Source: an uncultured virus (IMG/VR IMGVR_UViG_3300027229_000005) | Lineage: Duplodnaviria > Heunggongvirae > Uroviricota > Caudoviricetes | Virus record (IMG/VR): IMGVR_UViG_3300027229_000005 | Direction: 5' to 3' (one strand) | DNA: 64,000 bases | In this document: one piece after another, positions 1 to 8,526 of the stretch | Numbering within the stretch: position 1 is the first letter of the stretch | How the letters are laid out: each line of letters begins with the position of its first letter | The notes under the pieces: model-generated | Databases searched by the model: none | The model's input: only the letters and a program-made list of their open reading frames with translations | Told to the model about the DNA's origin: nothing | Position numbers and translations under genes: made by a program

Positions 1-5
1 CAGCG

Positions 6-191
6 ATGGTCTTCAACGGCATGACAGGTTTAAATGTTACCGGTCGTGAAATGTACATGGCTCTAATCGCTCTTAAGTTTTCACGTGAAAGCTACAATCA
101 CAAGCGCGATAATCTCTTAGATGCGGTTGGTTATATTCAAGGTTTAGAAAACTACATCAACGAGAAGAATGAGTACCCAATTACTGAGTAA
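6..191 (+). CDS. C-terminal part of a DUF6378-like protein (5' end outside the window)
   Basis: M-ALKFSRESYNHKRDNLLDAVGY resembles the DUF6378 signature LK-x-R-x4-HK-x-D-x3-D-x2-GY; the frame is open from the window edge. Confidence 0.55.
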   Translation: MVFNGMTGLNVTGREMYMALIALKFSRESYNHKRDNLLDAVGYIQGLENYINEKNEYPITE

Positions 192-339
192 AGGAACCCA
201 AGTCCACCATCCAAAATTTGGACGTGGATCCATCAAGGATTTCTACGAGTTTTATAACGTTATATTCGTTGATGTGGTATTTGAAAACCATGGAAATGAA
301 CCAGTCTATGTTAAATTAGACGACTTAAAAACGGAGTAA
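169..339 (+). CDS. 56-aa protein resembling a stand-alone UvrD/PcrA C-terminal Tudor-like domain (not in the ORF track)
   Basis: ATG169-TAA339, MSTQLLSKGTQVHHPKFGRGSIKDF...; G-x-x-V-x-HPKFG-x-G-x-I motif; stop/start overlap with the next ORF. Confidence 0.6.
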   Translation: MSTQLLSKGTQVHHPKFGRGSIKDFYEFYNVIFVDVVFENHGNEPVYVKLDDLKTE

Positions 340-515
340 TGAAAAGAATTATCGAACATTTTGAATCTAAAAGGTTAGGTCACAAACTACACCAACTTCA
401 AAAGCGCTACAATCGAGCCATCGAAAACGGTTACACTGAAAAGGCTGAAGCGTATAAACGAAGAATAAATTCAATGGTCGAAAAACTATCACATATCAAA
501 GGACATGGAAGCTAA
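339..515 (+). CDS. 58-aa basic hypothetical protein (not in the ORF track)
   Basis: TAATG coupling at 337-341; MKRIIEHFESKRLGHK...KGHGS, stop TAA 513-515; fills the gap between neighbouring genes. Confidence 0.6.
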   Translation: MKRIIEHFESKRLGHKLHQLQKRYNRAIENGYTEKAEAYKRRINSMVEKLSHIKGHGS

Positions 516-864
516 CTTCACAATCAAAAAGAACGGTCAAGAATTTATGACCGCAGACAAATTAAACTGGATTTCTTACACGGCTAAAGACAAAGTTGGT
601 AAGAGAATTGAAACCAATCCAGCCCTAAATTATGCAATGGCGCTCGAACTCGAGGTTGCAGATATTAATTCATTAGATCTAGCAAACTTGAAAAAAGCAC
701 AGGTAAAAAACTCAGCTGCATATACAAGCCCATTGATTACAAGTGTGGTTGAAAACTCAAGAGAGTATGTCAAATTCGAGTGCGGAGAAGACGTGTTTGA
801 AGTATTGATCAAAATCAATACCACTCCAAAGCCTCGTACATCACCTGTAGGCCCTGCAATGTAA
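505..864 (+). CDS. hypothetical protein
   Basis: 119-aa ORF in a tightly packed operon, TAATG coupling to the next gene. Confidence 0.7.
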   Translation: MEANFTIKKNGQEFMTADKLNWISYTAKDKVGKRIETNPALNYAMALELEVADINSLDLANLKKAQVKNSAAYTSPLITSVVENSREYVKFECGEDVFEVLIKINTTPKPRTSPVGPAM

Positions 865-1076
865 TGGCTAGAATGCCTAAACTTGATGAGTTTCACTATC
901 ATGAAATGACAGATCGATTGAGCGTCATTATGATGGTGATTGAAAACAATTTGACTCAGCATCCAGTTGCTAAGTTGAATAAAGACATTCAAACGCTAAT
1001 TGACGAGGCTAACGACAAACTGGCCGAAGCGTATCAAATAGCTGGAAATCTTGAAATAAAATATGAAAATGATTAA
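864..1076 (+). CDS. hypothetical protein
   Basis: 70-aa ORF, translationally coupled to its neighbours. Confidence 0.7.
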   Translation: MARMPKLDEFHYHEMTDRLSVIMMVIENNLTQHPVAKLNKDIQTLIDEANDKLAEAYQIAGNLEIKYEND

Positions 1077-1545
1077 AGATATTTTTAGAAGAATACAACG
1101 TGTCATCGACTTTCTACCCATGATTTGGAAGGGTTATGACTTTGATTTCCGTTACTCAGTAGAATTATTCAAGCACCAACTTGAACGTCAGGCCAAGTTC
1201 TTTGAATCTTCTAAATCTTATCGTCGTGATTCTCTTCATCAAGCTTCTAGAATTAGAACTGTCATCAAACTAATGGACATTGTATATGATGAAAAGTATA
1301 ATGACGAAATGGCAGTCATGATGGAAAAGATATACGGCGAGCAAAAGTTTGAGTTTATTGAAAACAAAGCAACTGGCATGTATTCTCTTGACATTAGATG
1401 GGAAAAGGCAGTTGATGATCAACACAACGAAGAGATCATGCAAATTTGGTCAGAGCAGATGAAAATAACTGCATATAAAACCAAACGAGCCCATGACATC
1501 CTGTGGAGAATGATTGAACATAACATAAGATACTGGTGGGATTAA
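1063..1545 (+). CDS. hypothetical phage protein (C-terminal WWD)
   Basis: 160-aa ORF ending IRYWWD, a terminus common in phage hypothetical proteins. Confidence 0.75.
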   Translation: MKMIKDIFRRIQRVIDFLPMIWKGYDFDFRYSVELFKHQLERQAKFFESSKSYRRDSLHQASRIRTVIKLMDIVYDEKYNDEMAVMMEKIYGEQKFEFIENKATGMYSLDIRWEKAVDDQHNEEIMQIWSEQMKITAYKTKRAHDILWRMIEHNIRYWWD

Positions 1546-1567
1546 ACAAATCCCACTTCGTGTATAA
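1543..1567 (+). promoter_or_regulatory. putative phage promoter class A, (T/G)AAAC-N15-18-TATA(A); first of about 12 copies
   Basis: Same architecture at 1543, 5841, 7726, 9732, 12051, 18295, 27511, 29797, 43391, 45147, 45324 and 47018, each just upstream of a gene or tRNA. Confidence 0.65.
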
Positions 1568-1588
1568 AATAACTAAACGTTTCTTAAA

Positions 1589-2809
1589 ATGAAGATAGCA
1601 TTAGTACTAGCTAAAGGAGTAGAAGGATGTGGATTGACTCGCCACACCATTGAATTTTACAACTGGTTGATTAAAGAAGGTCACGAAGCAACCATTTACG
1701 CAGCAACAGAAAAGATGTGGCCTCGTCACAAGTCAACTGACATTATTGCAACTAACTTTAAGCGCAAAGACATTCCTAAGGTCGCTAAAGAATTGAACGA
1801 ATGTGATGTGGTCTATTACACTTCATTCCCTCACAAATCAGTAGGTGATGAATTTAACGAAGACTTTATCGAACATTGTGTATATGGTCTAACCAAACCA
1901 GTAAAGGTTGGTAACTGCCTTGACCACAACATGGCGAATCTTAATAAGAACCATCGCTATTGGGAGATCATGAGTCAAATGGATGCAATGTTCAATTACT
2001 CGTTGACATCTAACTTCGCAAACAAAATGCGTGAGCACGCTCCAAACACTCCATTGATTGAGATGAATCTCAATCCTTACGATTACGATGCTTGGAAGCC
2101 TGTTTGGAAATCAGCTGAAAAGCAGACTCGAAGAATCACTTACTTTGGTCGTTTCGCTGGATTTAAGGATCCATTCAGAATGTTTGATTTGATGAACCTT
2201 TTGAAAAATGAAGACGTGGTAACTGAAGCTCGAGGCGTTGAACGTTCTATTGGTGCCCTACCAATGTTCTTGAACGATGATCGCACTCCACGTCAAGATG
2301 TATTTGAAGTCCATGACACGAAGAATCCAGTCACATATCCTCAACTCACTGATAAGGTCTACATTTACGGTCCTTATAATCTAGCTGAAGGTATGGGTGA
2401 GTTGTCAAACTCAATGTTTGGTGCAGAATTCTTTAACCTACCCGAACGCCTTTACGGCTCAATGATTGAGTATGCAATGTGCGAGGTAATTGCAGCAGGT
2501 ACCATTCCTTTGTTTGATAAACACTGGGGAGATCACGTTATTCACCGTACTGAAGGGGTTCCTTTCAGTCAACTAAAAGATTTTGCAATCTTCGTTGATA
2601 AGAATAACGTTGAAGCTTCAATTCCTCAGATTCTAGAATTGGCAGCTGATCACAAGCGTCGAGATGAATTCAGACAGAATTCATTCCGTCTAGCTAAATT
2701 GCACAATGCACCTGAAGTTGTTAACACTGATTTGTTCAATGCTATCGCAAGTGTTAATAAAAGACAAACAGAAAAGCCAATTACTTTACAAACAAATTCA
2801 CTTTTCTAA
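1589..2809 (+). CDS. agt: DNA alpha-glucosyltransferase-like GT-B enzyme (T4 a-gt homologue)
   Basis: MKIALVLAKGVEGCGLTRH parallels T4 AGT MRICIFMARGLEGCGVTKF; GRFAGFK, GVERS and IEYAMCEVIAAGTIPLF parallel AGT LEYTHLELGACGTIPVF; similar length. Confidence 0.8.
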   Translation: MKIALVLAKGVEGCGLTRHTIEFYNWLIKEGHEATIYAATEKMWPRHKSTDIIATNFKRKDIPKVAKELNECDVVYYTSFPHKSVGDEFNEDFIEHCVYGLTKPVKVGNCLDHNMANLNKNHRYWEIMSQMDAMFNYSLTSNFANKMREHAPNTPLIEMNLNPYDYDAWKPVWKSAEKQTRRITYFGRFAGFKDPFRMFDLMNLLKNEDVVTEARGVERSIGALPMFLNDDRTPRQDVFEVHDTKNPVTYPQLTDKVYIYGPYNLAEGMGELSNSMFGAEFFNLPERLYGSMIEYAMCEVIAAGTIPLFDKHWGDHVIHRTEGVPFSQLKDFAIFVDKNNVEASIPQILELAADHKRRDEFRQNSFRLAKLHNAPEVVNTDLFNAIASVNKRQTEKPITLQTNSLF

Positions 2810-2820
2810 GTACAAGATAT

Positions 2821-3285
2821 ATGGCAAACACAGATAATAAATGCTCAGACCTTAACGTAGAAGATTTCTACACAGGCGTTGAAGACACCTTTGGTCTAAT
2901 CTACAACAAGCAAAAAGAATTACAAGCTCGCCTTGGATTTGACTTCACAGGTTGGACCCTTAAGCAGATTGCAGACTTTTGGATGGTCAACAAGCACGCT
3001 CTAAGTGATGAACTAAACGAAATGTTCGATTCACTAGGAGGTGTTAACGATGGAATTGGTTCAGCTGCATGGAAGTACTGGAAGAAGGATAACGCTAAGG
3101 CAGTTGACATGAAAGTTGAAGATCTTAGTGAAGCAGATCGATTGGAACTCTACTATGAGTGGGTTGATGGCTTGCACTTCTTCATGAATTTCGCAATTTC
3201 AATCGGTATGACTTCAAAAGATGTAGTCAACCTTTACATGGCCAAGAACGCAGAGAATCACGATCGTCAAAACCGAGGATACTAA
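2821..3285 (+). CDS. dCTP/dUTP pyrophosphatase (T4 gp56-like, all-alpha)
   Basis: EWVDGLHFFMN...YMAKNAENHDRQNRGY matches the gp56 C-terminus; WKYWKK motif. Confidence 0.85.
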   Translation: MANTDNKCSDLNVEDFYTGVEDTFGLIYNKQKELQARLGFDFTGWTLKQIADFWMVNKHALSDELNEMFDSLGGVNDGIGSAAWKYWKKDNAKAVDMKVEDLSEADRLELYYEWVDGLHFFMNFAISIGMTSKDVVNLYMAKNAENHDRQNRGY

Positions 3286-4688
3286 TGTTATTAGACGTAG
3301 AACAAAGAGACAAAGAAGTCATTATTTCATATTACGACAAGGAAGGCAAGGTTAATTTCAAGCGCTACCCTGTTGAGCAATTTAAGAACTGGTACATCAC
3401 CGATCCAATGGATCGTTATAAACATGAGACCTTGACAAACTGGGACGGTCGTCCTATCAAGTTGGGTCCTGCTCGCCAGTTCAATAAGTTCTCTTTGATC
3501 TATTACTTAGACAATTTACCCGAACGAGACAAAGAAGAAATCTTTGCATACAATCTTCCTCGTACATACTTTGTCGATATTGAAACCGAGATCGTAGATG
3601 GTTTCCCTAAAGCTGAAGAAGCCAAATCACGAATCCTAACATTCTCAATCATTACGCCAGAACGTAAGGCCATTGTTCTTGGATTAGAAGAACTTTCTCT
3701 TGAAAAAGTTAAGAAAATCGAAGCTGACACTAATGAATACTTCAAACAATTCGATCAGGATTGGACCTTTGAATACCGTCAGTTTAAGAATGAACATGAC
3801 ATGGTGGCAACATTCATTTATCGGTTCTTACCTAAGTTTCCGATGATGACGGGCTGGAACTTTATCAACTATGACTGGCAATATATCGTTAACCGATGTA
3901 AGCGTCTCCAGATTGACATCAAAGAAGCCTCAATGACTCAATCACTTGATAAGAATGATTCTAGACCGCTGCACATCGGCATCTTAGATTACATGCAATT
4001 GTATGATAAGTACGATCGCACGGTCAAGGTAAAAGAATCTAATGCTTTGGATTATGTATCTGGTCAAGTACTGAAGACAAATAAGATCAAGTATAATGGA
4101 TCCTTACAGGACCTTTACGAGAATGACTTTACAAAATACGTATTCTATAACGTAGTTGACTCATGTCTAGTCTATTATATAGATCAACAGCTTAAGTCAA
4201 TGGAAGTTCTATTGACCCTGGCTTCAATCACCAAGATGCCTCTCTATAAAGCTGCATCACCAGTTGCTGTAACGGAAGCTCTGATTGCACGTAAGATGTC
4301 AGCCCTTAATAAGAGAATTGGATCAGAACAAAGAGATGAAGGTTCAAAGGATGGCCAATATGCTGGTGCTTATGTTAAAGAACCGGTTGTTGGTTTCTAT
4401 CAAGGTGTATCTGCATTTGACTTTGCTTCACTGTACCCCTCAATCATGCGACAGTTTAACATCTCACCTGACTCATATAAAGAAATCATTCCAAAGTCTG
4501 AGATTCCTGAAAGACGAAAGAATGAAGATGAAATCGTCTGTGTTAACGGAGTTGTGTACGATAAGAAAGATTCAATATTGAAGCAAATTCTTTCAGATCT
4601 TTACACACAGCGTAAAGAATATAAGGCAAAATCTTACGAGTATTTCACTAAAGCTGAAGAAGCTAAAAAGGTACTAAAAGGATTTTAA
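3285..4688 (+). CDS. family B DNA polymerase, N-terminal subunit (exonuclease, motif A, first finger helix; gp43A-like)
   Basis: ExoI DIETE, ExoII GWNFINYDWQY, ExoIII YNVVD, YAGAYVKEP, motif A FDFASLYPSIM; ends after RKEYK without motifs B and C. Confidence 0.9.
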   Translation: MLLDVEQRDKEVIISYYDKEGKVNFKRYPVEQFKNWYITDPMDRYKHETLTNWDGRPIKLGPARQFNKFSLIYYLDNLPERDKEEIFAYNLPRTYFVDIETEIVDGFPKAEEAKSRILTFSIITPERKAIVLGLEELSLEKVKKIEADTNEYFKQFDQDWTFEYRQFKNEHDMVATFIYRFLPKFPMMTGWNFINYDWQYIVNRCKRLQIDIKEASMTQSLDKNDSRPLHIGILDYMQLYDKYDRTVKVKESNALDYVSGQVLKTNKIKYNGSLQDLYENDFTKYVFYNVVDSCLVYYIDQQLKSMEVLLTLASITKMPLYKAASPVAVTEALIARKMSALNKRIGSEQRDEGSKDGQYAGAYVKEPVVGFYQGVSAFDFASLYPSIMRQFNISPDSYKEIIPKSEIPERRKNEDEIVCVNGVVYDKKDSILKQILSDLYTQRKEYKAKSYEYFTKAEEAKKVLKGF

Positions 4689-4724
4689 TCAGTTATTATA
4701 TTTAGAGCCCCTCGTAACAGCCAT

Positions 4725-4732
4725 GATATATA
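4725..4732 (+). promoter_or_regulatory. putative late-type promoter GATATATA upstream of nrdB; one of 12 exact copies
   Basis: Exact GATATATA at 4725, 16656, 17459, 21831, 25761, 30908, 34061, 36593, 38930, 49523, 50241 and 55023; variants at 19803, 21447, 24115, 31433, 41015, 47271, 57149 and 61531; resembles T4 late TATAAATA. Confidence 0.7.
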
Positions 4733-4832
4733 CAATGTATCGTAAAGTTACACCCCGGGTCCATCAGTTCTAATGAATTAAGGACCCTTTGTCGTCTAAT
4801 AGCAATAGTAAAAAAAATACGTTTTTTAAAAA

Positions 4833-5843
4833 ATGTCAAAATCTCAATTATTTAAAGAAAGAATAGAATTTAAGCCCTTTGAATATCCAATTTATTACAC
4901 AGAGGGATGGCTAAAACAAGCACAGGCCTTTTGGCTTCATACGGAGATTTCGATGCAAGGCGACGTGAAAGATTGGAATGAAAATCTTTCAGCATCTGAA
5001 AAGAATTTGGTCGGTAACATTTTATTGGGGTTTGCACAGACTGAATGTGCAGTTTCTGATTATTGGACCGGCATGGTAACCAATTGGTTCCCTAAACATG
5101 AAATTAAGCAAATGGCAATGATGTTTGGTTCGCAAGAAACCATCCATGCAACAGCGTATTCATATCTAAACGAAACATTAGGCCTTGAGGATTTTAAGGC
5201 ATTCTTACATGAGCCTTCAACAGCTGCACGTTTTGAGTTCTTGATGGGTACTACAGCGGATTACACCCATGAAGATTTGGCTAGGTCAGCGGAAGCTCGA
5301 AAAGACGTTGCTCGTTCATTGGCTATTTTTTCAGCCTTTGCCGAAGGAGTAGCTCTATATTCTTCATTTGCGGTTCTATACTCGTTTCAAATGAGAAACC
5401 TTTTAAAGGGTATTGGTCAGCAAATGAAATGGTCAGTTAGAGATGAATCTCTTCACTCAAAAATGGGATGTCAATTGTTCCGTCAAATGTGTGAAGAGTA
5501 TCCAGACCTAAGAAATGCAGTACAATCACAGGTTGAAGAAGCTGCACATCTTATGGTCGAAATGGAAATGAATTACATCGATAAGATTTTTGAAGCTGGC
5601 GATCTAGAAAATCTAAATGCATCAGACTTAAAAGAGTTCATCAAGAAAAGAGCCAATGAAAAGCTCAATGAAATTGGTTATGAATCTATCTTTAAGTTTG
5701 ATGAATCAGCAGCCGCAGAACTTGATTGGTTCTATCACTTAACAGGCGGGCATACGCATACAGACTTCTTCGCAGTACGCCCTACGGATTACTCAAAGGC
5801 TGGTGAAGATGAAAACTGGGATGAAGACGATTTGTTTTCTTAA
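4833..5843 (+). CDS. nrdB: class I ribonucleotide reductase beta subunit
   Basis: FWLHTEI, QETIHATAYS, EGVALYSSF, VRDESLH and DFFAVRPTDY motifs. Confidence 0.95.
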   Translation: MSKSQLFKERIEFKPFEYPIYYTEGWLKQAQAFWLHTEISMQGDVKDWNENLSASEKNLVGNILLGFAQTECAVSDYWTGMVTNWFPKHEIKQMAMMFGSQETIHATAYSYLNETLGLEDFKAFLHEPSTAARFEFLMGTTADYTHEDLARSAEARKDVARSLAIFSAFAEGVALYSSFAVLYSFQMRNLLKGIGQQMKWSVRDESLHSKMGCQLFRQMCEEYPDLRNAVQSQVEEAAHLMVEMEMNYIDKIFEAGDLENLNASDLKEFIKKRANEKLNEIGYESIFKFDESAAAELDWFYHLTGGHTHTDFFAVRPTDYSKAGEDENWDEDDLFS

Positions 5844-5886
5844 ACAGATTTGAATCTAGCGGTATAAAGTACATAAGAATTATAGA

Positions 5887-7686
5887 ATGGAAGAAATTAA
5901 TCATGGTGAATTTTTAGGATGGGAAGTTGGAGTTGACTTTCCAATATGGGCCAACACTGAAGTTTACGTTAAAACAGTATCTAAAGGTTATCTTTTAGAA
6001 GGTGAAACACCAAAGGATGCATATTGGAGAGTTGCTACCACTGTAGCAAAGAGATTACGTAAGCCTGATTTGGCTAGTAAATTCTTTGATTACATGTGGA
6101 AGGGTTGGTTGAACCTAGCAACTCCAGTTTTCTCAAACACTGGAACCGAAAGAGGTCTACCAATTTCATGTTTTGGTATTGATGTAGGCGATTCAATTCA
6201 AGAGATTGGTAACAAGAATCTTGAAATGATGCTACTTGCAAAACACGGTGGCGGAGTTGGAATTGGAGTTAATATGATTCGTCCTGCAGGTTCGAACATT
6301 TCACAGAACGGTACGTCAGATGGCGTAGTTCCTTTTATTAAGATCTACGATTCATCGATTCTAGCGACAAATCAGGGTTCAGTTCGTCGAGGTGCAGCAT
6401 CAGTTAATATCGATATCGAGCACGGTGACTTTTGGGAGTGGCTAGAAATTAGAGAACCCAAAGGAGACGTTAATCGTCAATCTCTAAATATGCACCAATG
6501 TGTTGTTGTCTCAGATTCATTTATGATGAAGCTTGAACAAGGAGACAAGGAAGCCCGTAAACGATGGGCTGCAGTTCTTCGTAAGCGTAGAACGACCGGC
6601 GAGCCTTACATCATGTTTAAAGGTAACGTTAACCGTCAAAATCCAGATGCTTACAAGAACAATCAGTTAAAGGTTTTTATGACCAACATTTGTTCTGAGA
6701 TTACTCTTCATACTGACGAGAACCACTCATTCGTTTGTTGTTTGTCTTCAATCAACCTTGCAAAATACGACGAGTGGAAGGACACTGATCTGGTTTACAC
6801 TGCAACATGGTTCCTAGACGGCGTCCTAGAAGAGTTTATCACACGTGCAAAATACATGCGTGGCTTCGAGAACTCTGTTCGTTCAGCTGAAAAAGGTCGA
6901 GCACTGGGTCTTGGAGTTCTTGGATGGCATACGTACCTACAAGAAAGAGGTATTGCATTTGACGCAATGGGCGCACAATTTGAAACACGTAAGATCTTCT
7001 CTCAAATTAAGATTGAATCGGAACGAGCTTCACGAGACATGGCAAAAGTGTATGGCGAGCCACTGTGGTGTGTTGGAACAGGTATGAGAAATACACACCT
7101 TCGTGCCATTGCCCCAACAGTTTCAAATTCAAAACTGTCAGGAAACGTATCAGCGGGTATTGAGCCATGGGCTGCCAACGTTTTCACCGAGCAAACTGCA
7201 AAAGGTACATTCATTCGCAAGAACCCAACCCTTGACACGGCACTGAACATGATCAAACTAAACTCTAAAGAAGTTTGGGATCAAATTTTGATAGATGGTG
7301 GATCGGTTCAAGGAGTAGAATCTCTTGACAAGTGGTACGCCAAAGAAGGTGAGAAATTCACATACATCAATCAAAAGGAATATGATAAACTTTCTGAAAT
7401 TGAAAAAGACAAGTGGGTTCCATTCAAAGATGTATTTTTGACCTTTAAGGAAATCAATCAAATGGAATTAGTTCGTCAAGCTGGTATTCGTCAACAATAC
7501 ATTGACCAAGCGGTTTCACTTAACCTTGCCTTCCCTAACGAGGCTGAACCCAAGTACATCAATCAAGTTCACCTAGAGGCATATAAGCAAGGCGTTAAGA
7601 CATTATACTACATGCGAACAGAATCAGTGCTAAGAGGAGATATTGCTCAACGAGCAATGATTGACTGCTTAAGTTGTGATGGATAG
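5887..7686 (+). CDS. nrdA: class I ribonucleotide reductase alpha subunit (short, no ATP cone)
   Basis: ATPVFSN, LPISCF, GGGVG, TNICSEI, APTVSNS, KTLYY and C-terminal CLSCDG. Confidence 0.95.
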   Translation: MEEINHGEFLGWEVGVDFPIWANTEVYVKTVSKGYLLEGETPKDAYWRVATTVAKRLRKPDLASKFFDYMWKGWLNLATPVFSNTGTERGLPISCFGIDVGDSIQEIGNKNLEMMLLAKHGGGVGIGVNMIRPAGSNISQNGTSDGVVPFIKIYDSSILATNQGSVRRGAASVNIDIEHGDFWEWLEIREPKGDVNRQSLNMHQCVVVSDSFMMKLEQGDKEARKRWAAVLRKRRTTGEPYIMFKGNVNRQNPDAYKNNQLKVFMTNICSEITLHTDENHSFVCCLSSINLAKYDEWKDTDLVYTATWFLDGVLEEFITRAKYMRGFENSVRSAEKGRALGLGVLGWHTYLQERGIAFDAMGAQFETRKIFSQIKIESERASRDMAKVYGEPLWCVGTGMRNTHLRAIAPTVSNSKLSGNVSAGIEPWAANVFTEQTAKGTFIRKNPTLDTALNMIKLNSKEVWDQILIDGGSVQGVESLDKWYAKEGEKFTYINQKEYDKLSEIEKDKWVPFKDVFLTFKEINQMELVRQAGIRQQYIDQAVSLNLAFPNEAEPKYINQVHLEAYKQGVKTLYYMRTESVLRGDIAQRAMIDCLSCDG

Positions 7687-7697
7687 CATTATTTAAG

Positions 7698-7721
7698 AAC
7701 CCGCTTTGAGCGGGTTTTTTT
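7698..7721 (+). terminator. intrinsic terminator after nrdA
   Basis: AACCCGCT-TTG-AGCGGGTT followed by a T run. Confidence 0.85.
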
Positions 7722-7776
7722 ATGTGAAACAAATTACCAATTTTACTATACAATAACTAAACGAAAATAATTAAGC

Positions 7777-8526
7777 ATGAAAATTCAAATCAATCGCGTA
7801 GATCAGAACCAATTCGTAGAGTTCGTTAATCGCCTGAAGTCAATCGATTCATTCCTGTACTTCAAGTTGCGTAACGGTAACATTCAATCTGCGGTTTATC
7901 TACCACAACGTGATGCAGTTAAAATGCATTCACAGCCAATTTCAGAGTTGTTCACTGTCGATGGTGATCTTCCTGAAGGTAAGGAAATCAAAGTTGCTTT
8001 CTTTGACGCTAACAAAGTTCTTGAAGCAATTAAGATGTTTGGTTCAGATCAAATCTCAGCAGAGATCGAATTGATCGAGAACGAAGAAGACTATGTATCA
8101 TCTACAATGAAGATTTTCAATAATGAACTTGAAATCACACTAGTTTGTTCTGAACCTTCTCTTGGTTTCAAAGATCTTACAGATTCTCAAATTGAAGGCA
8201 TCTTTTCACGTGAAGGGTCGGCATTTGATTTTACGCTTGACACTTTCACACTTGGTAAAATCAAGTCACTGTTTAATCTTGATAAAGATGAAACGTTTGA
8301 AATTAAAGCGAATGGCGAAGGTGTTCGAGTTAAAGGTAAGACTTATAACTATCAAGCAGGTTCAGAGTACAATGGTCAATCAGCTTCTGCAACCCTTTAC
8401 AAAAAGTATTTGAATCTTCTAGACCGTGAAGAGTACGCAGTTTACGTATCAGCAAATAAGGTTGTTATGAAGTCTAATGACTCTAACACATTGTTGACGA
8501 TTGCTACTTGTCAAACGGCTGAATAA
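7777..8526 (+). CDS. probable sliding clamp (gp45-like)
   Basis: 249 aa, acidic, alpha/beta pattern; TAATG-coupled to the polymerase C-subunit; a clamp loader is encoded elsewhere in the window. Confidence 0.55.
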   Translation: MKIQINRVDQNQFVEFVNRLKSIDSFLYFKLRNGNIQSAVYLPQRDAVKMHSQPISELFTVDGDLPEGKEIKVAFFDANKVLEAIKMFGSDQISAEIELIENEEDYVSSTMKIFNNELEITLVCSEPSLGFKDLTDSQIEGIFSREGSAFDFTLDTFTLGKIKSLFNLDKDETFEIKANGEGVRVKGKTYNYQAGSEYNGQSASATLYKKYLNLLDREEYAVYVSANKVVMKSNDSNTLLTIATCQTAE

